NCBI RefSeq assembly: GCF_964355755.1 | Contig: NC_092676.1 | Coordinates: 7,851,888-7,915,887 of the forward strand | Direction: 5' to 3' | From: Antedon mediterranea | Taxonomy: Eukaryota; Animalia; Echinodermata | DNA length: 64,000 bases | Part shown: one piece after another, positions 39,710-56,091 of the stretch | Layout of the letters: each line of letters begins with the position of its first letter | Position numbering within the stretch: the first letter of the stretch is position 1 | Program-made: the position numbers and the translations under genes | Notes under the pieces: model-generated | Seen by the model: the letters and a program-made list of their open reading frames with translations, nothing else | Databases searched by the model: none | Told to the model about the DNA's origin: nothing

Positions 39710-40150
39710 TGTTTAATTTCATTCTTGACACCTCACCGACAATTTCAGCAATTGACATTCCTCCTTGAACACATAACACCTTATCACACCCTACACAAAC
39801 TCAATTAAACAAGTTACATGCCATGACTTCTATAACAAGTGTAAATAATGATAATAGGCATCCCTCATGTATCACACTACTCATCGTAAATTTTTGAAAC
39901 ACCCAACAATTATTAGTTATTATACATTCAGTGTCCGAATTATAATTTGAGATTTTATAATTAGTTAATTAAATGTATCATATATACTAAACATTGCTTT
40001 TATCTATAAATAAATTATGTTTAATTCTGAAATAGCATGTAAAACGCGTAGCAACTCCGTGTCGGTTACTCAACCTAGCTGCTGTTCCATGTGTACCGCG
40101 ATAGGTATATTCTACAACATTTAGCAGGCCTGTACAATATTGTTCTATTT
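39710..40150. repeat. Block duplicated at 59640-59952 + 61176-61300 (empty-site copy)
   Basis: Near-identical TTAATTTCATTCTTGACACCTCACC...GCAGGCCTGTACAATATTGTTC. Confidence 0.85.
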
Positions 40151-40849
40151 TTCTGTCATAGGAAGATATTATCAAAGGTTTTAAAATATAATTTCTGATG
40201 TCATCTGTAGATTTTAACCGATTTCTGGGTTAAAACTACAACGTGGCCGGTACAGGCTCAGCTCTAACTCTGATATGTTTTTAGTAATGGTACAATAAGT
40301 GATTAATATTATTATAAATTATTCTTAAAAACAATACTCAATTATTCATTTTAAGTTGAGTCTAATAATAATAATGTATACAGTAATATTGTTTATTAAA
40401 GTATATTGTACTTACAACTCATTTTTGTTATATTATACTATGATTTGTAGACAAAAAATTAGTTCAGTGTATAAAAAAAATCACTTTGGAAAATTAGAAA
40501 AAAAATATTTAAAATGTATATAATTTGAAAGAAATAAATGTTGTTTTGAATTGAATTGAATAAAATGACTTTAGGATGATCGCAAGCAGTAGTAGTAGGC
40601 CTATTTGTTTGTTTTCACAATCTTAATTTAGCTTTTTGTTAGTAGTGATGATGACGAGAAAGATGTACAGAAGCATGACGGGACGGGACATATTTTAAAA
40701 GTATATACTTTAAAAAATAATGATTGTCTTTTTATTAAATAAGTCTACTGGTGAACAAACCCAACAAAAAATACTGAAATAGTATGTATTTACATAATCA
40801 TATCATCAACACTAATACTGAAAATTACTAAAAAAATTAATAATCCAAC

Positions 40850-42812
40850 CACTCTCTCACACCCCCAGCTCACTATCCCTCCCCGTCCTACTCTCAGTTC
40901 CCCAGCTCACTACCCCTCACCGTCCTACTCTCTCAGCTCCCCAGCTCACTATCCCTCCCCGTCCTACTCTCAGTTCCCCAGCTCACTACCCCTCCCCGTC
41001 CTACTCTCTCACTCCTCCAGCTCACTACCCCTCCCCGTCCTACTCTCTCACTCCTCCAGCTCACTACCCCTCCCCGTCCTACTCTCTCACTCCTCCGGCT
41101 CACTACCCCTCACCGTCCTACTCTCTCACTCCTCCAGCTCACTACCCCTCCCCGTCCTACTCTCTCACTCCTCCAGCTCACTACCCCTCACCGTCCTACT
41201 CTCTCACTCCTCCAGCTCACTACCCCTCACCGTCCTACTCTCTCACTCCTCCAGCTCACTATCCCTCCCCGTCCTACTCTCTCACTCCCCCAGCTCACTA
41301 TCCCTCCCCGTCCTACTCTCTCACTCCTCCAGCTCACTACCCCTCACCGTCCTACTCTCTCACTCCCCCAGCTCACTACCCCTCCCCGTCCTACTCTCTC
41401 ACTCCTCCAGCTCACTACCCCTCCCCGTCCTACTCTCTCACTCCTCCAGCTCACTATCCCTCCCCGTCCTACTCTCTCACTCCTCCAGCTCACTACCCCT
41501 CACCGTCCTACACTCTCACTCCCCCAGCTCACTACCCCTCCCCGTCCTACTCTCTCACTCCTCCAGCTCACTACCCCTCCCCGTCCTACTCTCTCACTCC
41601 TCCAGCTCACTATCCCTCCCCGTCCTACTCTCTCACTCCTCCAGCTCACTACCCCTCCCCGTCCTACTCTCTCACTCCTCCAGCTCACTACCCCTCCCCG
41701 TCCTACTCTCTCACTCCTCCAGCTCACTATCCCTCCCCGTCCTACTCTCTCACTCCCCCAGCTCACTACCCCTCCCCGTCCTACTCTCTCACTCCTCCAG
41801 CTCACTATCCCTCCCCGTCCTACTCTCTCACTCCTCCAGCTCACTACCCCTCCCCGTCCTACTCTCTCACTCCTCCAGCTCACTATCCCTCCCCGTCCTA
41901 CTCTCTCACTCCTCCAGCTCACTATCCCTCCCCGTCCTACTCTCTCAGTTCCCCAGCTCACTACCCCTCACCGTCCTACTCTCTCACTCCTCCAGCTCAC
42001 TACCCCTCACCGTCCTACTCTCTCACTCCTCCAGCTCACTATCCCTCCCCGTCCTACTCTCTCACTCCCCCAGCTCACTACCCCTCCCCGTCCTACTCTC
42101 TCACTCCTCCAGCTCACTATCCCTCCCCGTCCTACTCTCTCACTCCTCCAGCTCACTATCCCTCCCCGTCCTACTCTCTCAGTTCCCCAGCTCACTACCC
42201 CTCACCGTCCTACTCTCTCACTCCTCCAGCTCACTACCCCTCACCGTCCTACTCTCTCACTCCTCCAGCTCACTACCCCTCCCCGTCCTACTCTCTCACT
42301 CCTCCAGCTCACTACCCCTCTCCGTCCTACTCTCTCACTCCTCCAGCTCACTACCCCTCCCCGTCCTACTCTCTCACTCCTCCAGCTCACTACCCCTCAC
42401 CGTCCTACTCTCAGCTCCCCAGCTCACTACCCCTCCCCGTCCTACTCTCTCACTCCTCCAGCTCACTACCCCTCACCGTCCTACTCTCTCACTCCTCCAG
42501 CTCACTACCCCTCACCGTCCTACTCTCAGCTCCCCAGCTCACTACCCCTCCCCGTCCTACTCTCTCACTCCTCCAGCTCACTACCCCTCACCGTCCTACT
42601 CTCTCACTCCTCCAGCTCACTACCCCTCACCGTCCTACTCTCTCACTCCTCCAGCTCACTACCCCTCCCCGTCCTACTCTCTCACTCCTCCAGCTCACTA
42701 CCCCTCACCGTCCTACTCTCTCACTCCTCCAGCTCACTACCCCTCCCCGTCCTACTCTCTCACTCCTCCAGCTCACTACCCCTCACCGTCCTACTCTCAG
42801 TTCCCCAGCTAA
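40850..42812. repeat. 39-bp minisatellite, ~50 copies, C/T-rich top strand
   Basis: Unit CCAGCTCACTACCCCTCCCCGTCCTACTCTCTCACTCCT with a few recurrent variants. Confidence 0.97.
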
Positions 42813-43757
42813 CTAAATCTAGGGCTATACACAGTAAGTACCTACTCACCGATTGACTTTAACATGGGTACGTATTTCTCCTTCCAAAAGTAAGGTTGCG
42901 CATTTGAAGTTTGCGAAACCAAGATCGGCGAGGAATTGCACGAGGGGAATTAATGGGATAATATGGAAGACACTTTTTTGTTGGACGGGAAAGGTTAGAA
43001 TTAGATCATTCTATTACCACTAAAAGTGTTTTATTTCTAAGGTGTAGTTTTCAGTAAACAATTTTAGATTTTCTAGTGGTATATACAGGCCATTGTTGTC
43101 TACACATAATATCATACACACAATTACAGTATAAAGAAATGGCAATTCATCCAGTTGATTTTACAACCAGACCATTTTAGTAAATTATTTATTATTAAAT
43201 ATTTTCAGTGATTTATTTAATAATTTGCTTGCTTCTTGTACTTATCTAGCATATTACATCCATGTAATAAACAAATAAATTTAATTTCAAATTACTTAGT
43301 ATTAATTTATTTGTGATTGTGGTGATAAAAACATTTGCAAATTTGAAAAAAAAACAAAAACAATTACAATTTAAATATAGGTCTGTAGCTCTTACTTAAT
43401 AAACCTGGTATAATAATAATTATTATAGTGTGTGTTGTGAATGTAAAGTACAAATAACTCATTAAAACAAAAATAACTTTTTTTTGTAAAGTGACCATCA
43501 CCTGTCTCTGTTTTCCCATATGTCATCACCCTGTTGTGAGAATGGCCCTACTACCACAAGGACATTATTAATAATATTTATTAATAATTATTATTAGTTT
43601 ACATATGGTAGTTTCGAAAAAGCAATATCAAATTGAAAAGAATACCAGAAACATGTTTTCAGACACAATATTTTCTTCCACACAACTCAATAAGAACATA
43701 CAGCCTGGTATATTTATTTATTTGATATTAACATTTGTTTCCACTAATTTGCATTTA

Positions 43758-45539
43758 GATATTATATAAGAGTATATTAAAGAGAAGTAGCAACATTTTT
43801 ATTCAATGAGTTTTTTGTACTCCTGTTTTTTTTTCAGATTTTATTAACACCACTAAATTATACTGCAGATTAATAAAGATCAAATTAAATATACGCCATA
43901 AAGCATCCAAGTATTGTGGGGAATAGTTATATAGAATTACATGGATACGACTTTTTGTTTGAAATCGAGTGAAACCCCCATAGCCGAGTTAAGACCCTGG
44001 GATACTTCTGCCCATGTTGCAAGCCATCTAAAGCTCCAGTAGTCCCACTTTCGGTTTTTTTTCTTCTGTATTCCAAAGGGACACTGTATTGATTGATGGA
44101 AAGTGCCTGTTTCCAGTCACCTTTAGGGTCAAATCTATTATTTTAACTGTTCCCTTGTATATAAAAGTTCTACTGGATGTCCTATTATTAATGAAACTGA
44201 CGCCGTTTTTTACACCAGTAGCCAATCCGATGGGCAGGAATTTGGCTTGGTAGGGATCAACGTCTGAATATTATAGCAGTATAGTTCACTATATATCTTT
44301 TGATTATAGATACCTGAAACAACTTTAGTTCGGAGTTGAATGGAATACAAAGATTATAAAGTGTTTTTAAAGTCATAATCAATCATATAAATTATATATT
44401 AAAATATAGATAAACAGGTTGTTTATTAATCTCATTGGGGATACTAGTGACCTATGGGCCCGGGTACTGTACAATCACAGGACAATTAACATTCTTGGTT
44501 TGGTGACCAGTGAATACACTTGCTTTTAGCACCAGTTCAGTTAAAATCAGAATACCAAAATTAAAATTCTATGTCCTCTACTTCCAGTTCCTTTATTAGA
44601 TCATGGTATGCTCCATGGGATTTTCGCCGCTGTATCCATGCTTTTACGTTGCTTTTGCAATCGTTTTTTCTTCTGTTTGCGTTTATTTAGTTCTCTTACC
44701 ATATACAAAATTATCAAAACTTTCGAAAGTACTAGGCCTACACTAAATCCATTTTAATTTAATATCACAATTTAATTCTAAATGATAAATGAACAGTTAT
44801 TTACAATTTATCAAGCATTTTTTACCACTTTTCATAGCAATTACAAGATTTTATTTGATTCTAAATGTTACCATATGATTAAAAAAAAAAATAAACGTAT
44901 CCCTCGAATAAACACATCCCTCAAATTAACTCCGCCTCCCCACCTCCGGAGAGGGCCCTACCAAACATTAAACACTATACTTTAATATGTTATTAATCAT
45001 CTAAGACACGACGTCTGTGAAACAGAGTAGGTTTAGTTTTACGAATATCAAGCATTTCAAAAATGGTAATCGACAGAAAACAAATTTTATTACATAATGT
45101 AATATGCTAAATAAGTACAAGAAGCAAGCAAATTATTAAAGAAATCACTGAAAATATTTAATAATAAATAATACTAAATCACCAACAAATTCTAAAATTG
45201 TTAGAAATAAGCCCCCTTTAGTGGTAATAGAATAATCTAATTCTAACTATTAAAACTGATGAACAAACAAGAAAATTATACATTGAAAAAGAAAAAAAAG
45301 GTATTATATAAATTGTATATTAATGGATTAATAGATTTAAAGTTAGTAGATAAAATAAAACAGAAAAGCTAACAATTATAAAACTCACTACAACAAAACA
45401 GGCTTAAATTAAGAAGAAATTAATCTTTTGAAATTGTTTATTTGGGGAAAGCTAAACTAACTTTTTTGTGTTTATCACTTTCGTTCCAAATTTTGGTTCC
45501 ACGGTAAGAAAAACACATTATCTGTATGATTGCCAATGA
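43758..45539. repeat. ~1.8-kb duplicated block, copy 1 (copy 2 = 49385-50770 + 55139-55337 + 56131-56409); contains a Harbinger transposase N-terminal remnant
   Basis: Colinear high similarity by eye. Minus strand ~44570-44700 reads VKAWIQRRKSHGAYHDLIKELEVED. Confidence 0.85.
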
Positions 45540-45859
45540 ACTTTAAAACCCCTAATTACTTGGCAAATATGTGAAATTGACAGGGAATGTCTAAAAATCT
45601 ATATTGTATTGTAGTTACTAGCAATTTATTTGAAAAGAAGTCTTCTCATTAGTTTGCAAAGTATATAAAAATCTTCAAATTTCCACAATGTTCACAACAT
45701 TCATATGGTGCCTCTCCAGTGTGCATTCTCTTTTTTTTCAAATTCCCACTTGTCACAAGTGAGAATTTGAAAACGCATTTGAGAATACACACAGGAGAGG
45801 CACCATATGAATGCATATTAAAAAGTTTGACGGCACCCATTTCCTTAGCGGAAGCTCGA

Positions 45860-46169
45860 ATATGGTGGAAAACCAGGAACTTTTGAACTAGTGGGTCGAG
45901 GCAGACGGATACGAATATTAGGTGAAAGAAAAGTGTATTCCTTATGGAGGGGGTGGTCTGTTTGGGAGAGTATACGTTTTACCAAGGAGAGAACACCTAC
46001 ATCATAGTTGAAATTAAGTACGGACACATATACTCCAACAACCTGCCTGGCCCTTCTGGTAATTTTATTTAATAGTTCCTTATCTTTTTCATATAAACAA
46101 GCCTCCAAGATAATTCTACAAAAAGATACTAAGACACTTTTGTATCAAAGAAGCCAATCACAGTAAGTA

Positions 46170-46170
<1 letters not shown>
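45860..46170 (-). mobile_element. 3' fragment of a Rex1/Babar-like LINE ORF2
   Basis: DKELLNKITRRARQVVG...RILSQTDHPLHKEYTFLSPNIRIRLP resembles the C-terminus of Rex-Babar ORF2. Confidence 0.6.
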
Positions 46171-48470
<2,300 letters not shown>

Positions 48471-49384
48471 CAAATTGTGACAATGTAATAACTAGAATTA
48501 TAATGTATTTACAGATTTTCATACTGTATTATTATTATTTTGCAAAACAAGCACGCACACAATGTGAACAGTTGACAATAAAAATAACAAATCAACCAAC
48601 AAAACAATGAGATATAGGATAACGTGTGGCCGGTTGATCCTCTCGGGTCCGCTATTTGTATTGACGCGTTCCGACTTCAATTGCAACTTGACGAAGTATA
48701 AACAACACTGTTCAGCCTGTTACTTTGCTGGCGAGATGTTTTTTGGTATTGTGGCCTCCTCCCCGCCTCCTCCTTCCCCTTTTCGCACATTTCGTGTATT
48801 GCGACTCCAAATTTGTTAACCTACTTGGATCGATCCATTAAAGGACAACTGTACCGAGGACCATATTTTAAAAACGTATGAGGGGTATACATTATGATTT
48901 CAGAACCATCGCGAAATCGAGGATATCGCCGCACGCGCTCGCCGTACAGCCGTCGCCGTAAATTGCTGTGACGTCAGAAGAGCATAGCGAAATTTACGTC
49001 ATGAGCTTTCGCTGTTGTTACCACCATACAATAGATAGGTACCGTCACTTCAATTGCTTATTTAACCTGTATTAGGCTTAAATTTGCCAAAAAGTTTTTC
49101 TGGTATTTTGAAGAAACACTTCAATATCCAGATAGGCAAAACAAACAATAAAAAAATTCAACTTTTATATTTTTTACGATTTATTTAAAAAGTGTGTTTA
49201 CTAGAAATGTTCGCGCTTTGCGAGACTTGTCTATGGGACCCGAAGGAAGAGTAGCTAGAGTAGAAACATGACGTATGACGTTCTGGAATCATTCAACTAT
49301 ATCGGACTCAAAACTTTTTCTCTGTTGTGGTGGTGGTGGTGGTGTGTATGTGACGTGTGGTGATGTGGTAAACTGTGTGTGTGA

Positions 49385-50770
49385 GATTATATAAGGGTAT
49401 TATTTAAGAGAAGTAGCAACATTTTATTTAATGAGTTGTTTGTACTCCTGTCTGTTTTTTTTTTCACATGTTATTAACACCACTAAATTATACTGCAGAT
49501 TAATAAAGATCAAATTAAATATACGCCATAAAGCATCCAAGTATTGTGGGGAATAGTTATATAAAATGACATAGGGATAAGACCTTTTGTTTGAAATCGA
49601 GTGAAACGCCTATAGCCGAGTTGTTGAGTAGGCTGCTGACAGGAATAATAACTGTGAGCTATCACGGTCACGTTAGATCCTGGGATACTTCTGCTCATGT
49701 TGCAACCCGTCTAGCACTATCGTTTTTTTTTCTTCCGTCTTCCGAAGGGACACTGTATTGATTGATGGAAAGTGCCTGTTTCCAGTCACCTTTAGGCTCA
49801 AATCTATTAATTTAACTGCTCCCTTGTGTATAAAAGTTCTACTGGATGTCCTATTATTAATGAAACTGACGCCGTTTTTTACACAAGTAGCCAATCGAAT
49901 CAGATGGGCAGGAATTTGGCTTGGTATGGATCAACATCTGAATATTGTAACAGAGAGATTAATGCAGTTGACTATATATCTTTTGATTATAGATACCTGA
50001 AACAACTTTAGTTCGGAGTTGAATGGAATACAAAGATTATAAAGTGTTATTAAAAGTCATAATCAATCAAATAAATTTATATTAATTATAGATAAACAGG
50101 TTGTTTATTAATCCTATTGGGGCTACTAGTGACCTATGGGGGTACTGTACAGTACAGTCAAAGGACAATTAACATTATTGGTTTGGTGACCAGTGAATAC
50201 GAATACACTTTCTTTTAGCACAGTTCAGTTAAAATCAGAATGCCAAAATTAAAATTCTATGTCCTCTACTTCCAGTTCCTTTATTAGATCATGGTATGCT
50301 CCATGGGATTTTCGCCGCTGTATCCATGCTTTTACGTTTCTTTTGCAATCGTTTTTTCTTTTGTTTGCGTTTATTTAGTTCTCTTACCATATACAAAATG
50401 ATCAAAACTTTCGAAAGTACAGTACTACACTAAATCCATTTTAATTTAATATCACAATTTAATTCTAAATGATAAATGAACAGTTATTTACAATTTATCA
50501 AGCATTTTTTACCACTTTTCATAGCAATTAGAGGATTTTATTTGATTATAAATGTTACCATATGATTAACAAACCAAAAATAAACGTATCCCTCGAATAA
50601 ACACATCCCTCAAATTAACTCCGCCTTCCCACCTCCGGAGAGGGCCCTACAAACACTAAACACTATACTTTAATATGTTATTAATCATCTAAGACACGAC
50701 GTCTGTGAAACAGAGTAGGTTTAGTTTTACGAATATCAAGCATTTCAATAATGGTAATCGACAGAAAACA
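49385..50770. repeat. Copy 2 (first part) of the duplicated block, including the Harbinger transposase remnant at ~50260-50390 (-)
   Basis: Colinear with 43758-45080. Confidence 0.88.
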
Positions 50771-50933
50771 TCCAAGCCATAACGTCCTTTTATAGAAAAA
50801 AAAATTAATGTTAATTTGACAATTTTTTGCTTTAAATTACACTTTTTTAGGTAAAAATATTTGTTTCAGATCCAACTTTTGGTGACATAAAATGGCATAT
50901 TAAAAAAAAGAAGAATTATGTTTTCAGGGGGAC

Positions 50934-52320
50934 TAGTCCGGTGGCAGGAAGGAATCACCACCCGAAAGGGGACAAATTGCCATCCAACTTTTCTAGACCA
51001 GAATTTTCCGTAGATTACGAATATGGAGTTAATCGATCAGGATAGGAAGCCTTTTCGAGATATAAGGGGTCAAAGTTCAAAATTGACCAATTACAATAAA
51101 TGTATTATGTATATGTATTAGCCTATAACAAATTTATTGAAGCACAATTTGGTATTTTATTACATTTTTATGATTATAAGTGTCTATTCAATCACCTTAT
51201 GAAAAAAAATCCTTTGTAATGTCAATATTGACCAATCATAGAACGTACCTATAAAACCAAATAAAAACTTATATTTAATAAAAATTGGATGTTTTCTCAT
51301 CCTGTTAATCAATCATACGCAATGTAAAAGAGCGAATACATCATTTCATCAGTTGACATAAGGTCAATTTCATCAGTTGACATAAGGTCAAAGGTCAACA
51401 TTTTAATACACGTATTAGAAATGCAAAGTTGTCCAAACTATGATATTGATGGTTTTACAAGTAATCAAATTATTTGATTAGTAAAGTTATGTTATTTCAT
51501 TAATATAATTTTGATTAATATAATTATAATACTGTATTTAATCAAATCAGACTTTGGTCAAGTTAGGAAGCGAAAAGGAAGAGATAAGGGGTCAAAGTTC
51601 AAAATTGACCAATTATAACAATGTATAATATACATATGTATTATAACCAATTTATTGAAGTTCAATTTGGTCTTTTAATACATTTGTATGGTTATAGGTA
51701 TCTATTCAGTCACCTTATAAACAAATACTTTTCAATTAAAGGTCAAATGTCAATATTGACCAATCACACAATTTGCATATAAACCCAAATAAAAACTAAC
51801 ATTTAAGACAAAATGTTATGTTTTATCATCCTGTTAAGACACAATCAAAAGAGCACATTTATCATTACACAAGTTGACATAGGTCAAAGGTCAACATTTG
51901 AACAAGTGATATACTAAATAATGCAAAGTTATTCAAACTATGAGATCGATGTTCATAAATGTAATCACGTTATTTGATCTGTGAAGTTATGGTATTTTTA
52001 TATTTTTTCTAGTGCGCATTATTTTTAATGTATTAATATAAAACTGTAAAATAAATAATAAAATTATTAATATTATTAATATTATGACGTTGAAATGTTA
52101 TGATGTAAAAATGTTACGCTGACCTTCAATGATTTGCCACTATACAGTTGCATTTAGGGCTACAATATTTGTTTTTGGATAATAAACTATATATTCATCA
52201 GAACCAGAGAATACCAATTCGTACAGGATAGGGCATAGGCAGATCCAGGTGGCCAAACTCAATCCACAACTCACTACACAGACAGACCACAATTTTTATA
52301 TAGCCACAGATAGTTTGGCC
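50934..52320 (+). repeat. Helentron/Helitron-like repeat, copy of 23342-24900
   Basis: ACTAGTCCGGTGGCAGG end and colinear match. Confidence 0.75.
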
Positions 52321-52329
52321 CATACAGGA

Positions 52330-54085
52330 AAGAGTTTCCTGTACACAAAAGATTCTAAAATAACCCATATGGATTTGCCCGAATGAACCCTCTAAGGACC
52401 CTTTTTGGATCTCTATGTGGTGTGCTACATAAGACCATGTATTAGAAATTAATATGGGGTAAATAGTTCCTAGATGAACTATGGAATAAAACTAAAATGT
52501 TCACCCTCAATCTTTAAATAACATTTATGGATTTGCCCAAATGAACCAAAGGGCCGGTCCTTCATGGACCTTTCGGGGTTCTCTATGTGGGTCTACAAGA
52601 GACCCTATATTGGAAATACTGTATGTGGGGTGAAAATGTGGGTTCATAGAGATATAATAAATATCCCTGTCCACCCTCGATCATCCATAAGGAACATTTT
52701 AAGGATTTGCCCAAATTAACCCAAGGGCCGGTCGTTCTCCATGGATGGACATTAAGCCCCATAATGGAAATATAAGGGGTGACACTGTGAGTTCATATAG
52801 ACAGGCGCGGTCCATGGAATAAAGCTGCCTGTGCACTCTCGATCCTTAAGGAAGACTTATGGATTTGCCAAAATGAACCCCCCAAAGGCTGGTCCTCCAT
52901 GGATGGACATTAAGCCCTATAATGGAAATATAAGGGGTGACAATGTGGGTTTATATAGACAGGCACATGGAATAAAGCTGTCTGTGCACTCTCGATCCTT
53001 TAGGAACCGATTTGGATTTTGCCTATGTAACAGGTTCGTACTACTGTACTAGCGTCGTAACTTTATCGCGTAGTATTTTCCGGAGCTGCAGCACTGGCAC
53101 AAACACAATAAAATCATCCGCAGAGACAGTTCTTGGTTTGGAAAAATTAAATTCTTTTATTGAAGCTAGTAACCAGTCGGAAGGAGATAACAAAAACAGT
53201 GTTACTATTTAAGATAACATATCAGTGATCGATCGATCGTATCATTAACGACAGTACGGTATAGGCTACTATTGCGTTGTGTCTAGTATAACAATCAAAT
53301 AACTAATCAACTATATTAACTTAAAACAATTCTAAAATTAAGAGAGGTAAAAAAATAGATGCTTACCTAGTAACCAGTCGGAAGGAGATGAAAACCTTCA
53401 CTTTGGGCTAGGCACTAGTAAGTGTCATCCATTCCCAGTTGGGTACTATGACAATTTTTAACCGATGGTACATACATTTACCATAACGTTATTTCGTAGT
53501 TTACAGACCGATTGTATTGTAACTCGAGTCATACACATGTAATTATCAATTTAAATTCGGTTATACAAAAAAAGAAACTATTAAAAATGCAAATCAATTA
53601 ACAAAATCCCTTGTCCATTTATGAACTGACCCATACTGAAACATTATACACTAAATATTCATGACCATTTTCCCGCCACTTGGATGAGATGACTCATCTA
53701 TTTATAGCATGGTCACTTATCATTCCAGCTTTTACTTTAATGGGTCCCAGAAGGTTTCTCAGATTCAGCAGATAAATCATTCAAGTATTTGGGTATAAGC
53801 ATACCTGTTACCCTGTTTACACCTAAAATGAAACAACAGCAGGTCACTATTTAGACCCTTCTCTACTGTATGTTCAGTTCTACATTTGGCCCCTGTATCG
53901 GATCAATGCATTTGGCTACATAAGTTACTGTGTTAGAAATATATCGGGTAACTAAAACTGTAGGTTCCAATATTAAGCCATGGAAAAAGCCTGTCTGTGC
54001 ACCCTCAATTCTTTTAAAAGGACCCATATGGATTTGCCAAAATGAACCAAGGGTAACTTCTGAATTCTCTATGAACCGTACATTC
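52330..54085. repeat. Degenerate satellite-like tandem repeat (GGATTTGCCCAAATGAACC anchor), interrupted at ~53030-53930
   Basis: Anchor recurs at ~52371, 52529, 52703, 52861, 53015 and 54030. Confidence 0.65.
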
Positions 54086-54299
54086 AGTTTATTGGAGATA
54101 CATGGATACCTGATTGAAATTGCTCAAATGTTTCTGAAAGGCATTGTACTGTATAGTAGTAGTATTCCCCTTCCACACCTCTTTGCATTAAATCCGCCCG
54201 ATAGGCTCTTATGTACAGGATTTCAAAGCAATAATCACACTTGTATTTTTCAAGCAGAATAATCTATTGGATTGAATAAAAATATCTATTATAAACAAT

Positions 54300-54971
54300 T
54301 TGCCGTTAGAAATCTCTATGCCATGTCGTTATTTAGATGAGAAAAACAGGTCAACGGTTAAAATTACAGAAAAATAGTGTTTCAGTCACTTTTTGAAAAA
54401 AATGTTGCATTATGGCAAGTATAAACATATATATTGTGAACAATTTGATACCAAAATTGGCTCCTAACGACAAATATTTATAAATTTATGTTTTTAAAAC
54501 CTTATTCAATTATGTCAAAGGTTAATAACCACACTTCCGGTCATTTTCAAGCAATATCATCTGTTACACTGAATATAAATGTATATTTTGGGAACAATTT
54601 GCTCCTATTTTTAATTCTCTCCGACCTGCCGTTACTTAGATATAGCAAAAAGAGGTCAAAGATCAAAATTGCTAAAAATGGGGTTTCCGGTTAATTTTAC
54701 AAAGAAAGTTCTGTTAGAGCTAATATAAACATATACATTGTGAACAATTTGACACCAAAATTATCTCACTAGGTCCAGAATTTCCAGAGATATAGCATGT
54801 TTCTATATTGATCAATGTTGAACTTTGACCCCTTATATCTCGAAAACGCTTCCTATCCTGATCGATTACCTTCCATATTCGTAATCTACGGAAAATTCTG
54901 GTCTAGAAAAGTTGGATGGCAATTTTTCCCATTTCGGGTGGTGATATCCCCCCATACTGCCACCGGACTAG
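54300..54971 (-). repeat. Inverted copy/relative of the Helentron-like repeat end
   Basis: Ends TTTCGGGTGGTGAT..CTGCCACCGGACTAG, the reverse complement of 50934-51090. Confidence 0.7.
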
Positions 54972-55449
54972 ACAATATATCTATAAATTAATCTGGCCAA
55001 ATACTAACAAAAAAATAAATAAATAAATAAAGAAATTGTATTTTACCTTGATTTTAAATTCATTTGTGAAAAAATAAGTGGAGGATAGTAATACCCTTTT
55101 TCATAAATAGCTTATTGTTTAAGCAAAATACATTTATTTGTTTATTACATAATGTAATATGCTAAATAAGTACAAAAAGCAAGCAAATTATTTAAAAAAT
55201 CACTGAAAATATTTAATAATAAATAATACTAAATGGTCTGGTTGTAAAATCAACTAGAAATCACAAGAAAATTCTAACATTTTTAGAAATAAACCCCCTT
55301 TAGTGGTAATAGAATAATCTAATTTTAACCATTAAAAAGTCACTAAACATAAATTACCCTTGATATAATGGTACAACCAACCATTAAAAAAAATCTTAGT
55401 TTTGTAGATCTTCGTTTTCTAGACACCCTTCCATGAGGCTGTAAGAAAG

Positions 55450-56091
55450 TATGGAACGCCGTTTACGCAACATTTCGATGATATGAATTTTATGACGCGA
55501 TATGTGAATGAAATGCATCGATATGAATTGAATGGCGTGATATATGAATGAAATGTTTTGAATTGAATGCTTTGAATTGAATGCTTTGAATTGAATATTT
55601 TGAATGAAATGTTTTGAATTGAATGTTTTGAATAAAATGTTTTGAATGAAATGTTTTGAATGAAATGTTTTGAATGAAATGTTTTGAATGAAATGTTTGA
55701 ATTGAATTGAAAAGTCAAACTATTGGCGGCGTATGTCATTCCCGCTCGCGATTTTTTTTCAACCTCTTAATAGGCCTAAGCATGGGTACCCTCATCTCCT
55801 TTCAACGCTGTCATCAATATGAATCCTTTACAGAGACTCCCTAACAGACCTGAAACATTGGAATACATATTTCCGAACCCAGGTCTGTTAGGATTCTCTG
55901 TAAAGGCAGCGTGGAAGAAAGGAGATGAGGGTACCCAGGCTTAAAATATTATTAAAATATTCAATTCAAAGCATTCAATTCAAAACATTTCATTCATATA
56001 TCGCACCATTTAATTCATATCGATGCATTTCATTCACATATCGCGTCATAAAATTCATATCATCGAAATGTTGCGTAAACGGCGTTCCATA
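55450..56091. mobile_element. MITE with TATGG termini and 6-bp TSD (IS3EU-like); carries a nested ~165-bp hairpin element (55777-55943)
   Basis: ~140-bp TIR TATGGAACGCCGTTTACGCAAC...; AGAAAG duplicated at 55444-55449 and 56092-56097; internal (TTTTGAATGAAATG)n. Confidence 0.85.

Noticed and set aside
41500-42195. RG-rich repetitive ORFs (VSWRSERVGRGG)n
   Set aside because: Translation artefacts of the 39-bp minisatellite; stop-containing variant units are interspersed and there is no real ATG.
40850-42812. CRISPR-like array
   Set aside because: Head-to-tail repeats without unique spacers, no cas genes, eukaryotic context. The same applies to 3137-3377 and 52330-54085.
53025-53930. Solo LTR interrupting the satellite
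   Set aside because: Starts TGTAAC but no matching CA end or TSD was found.
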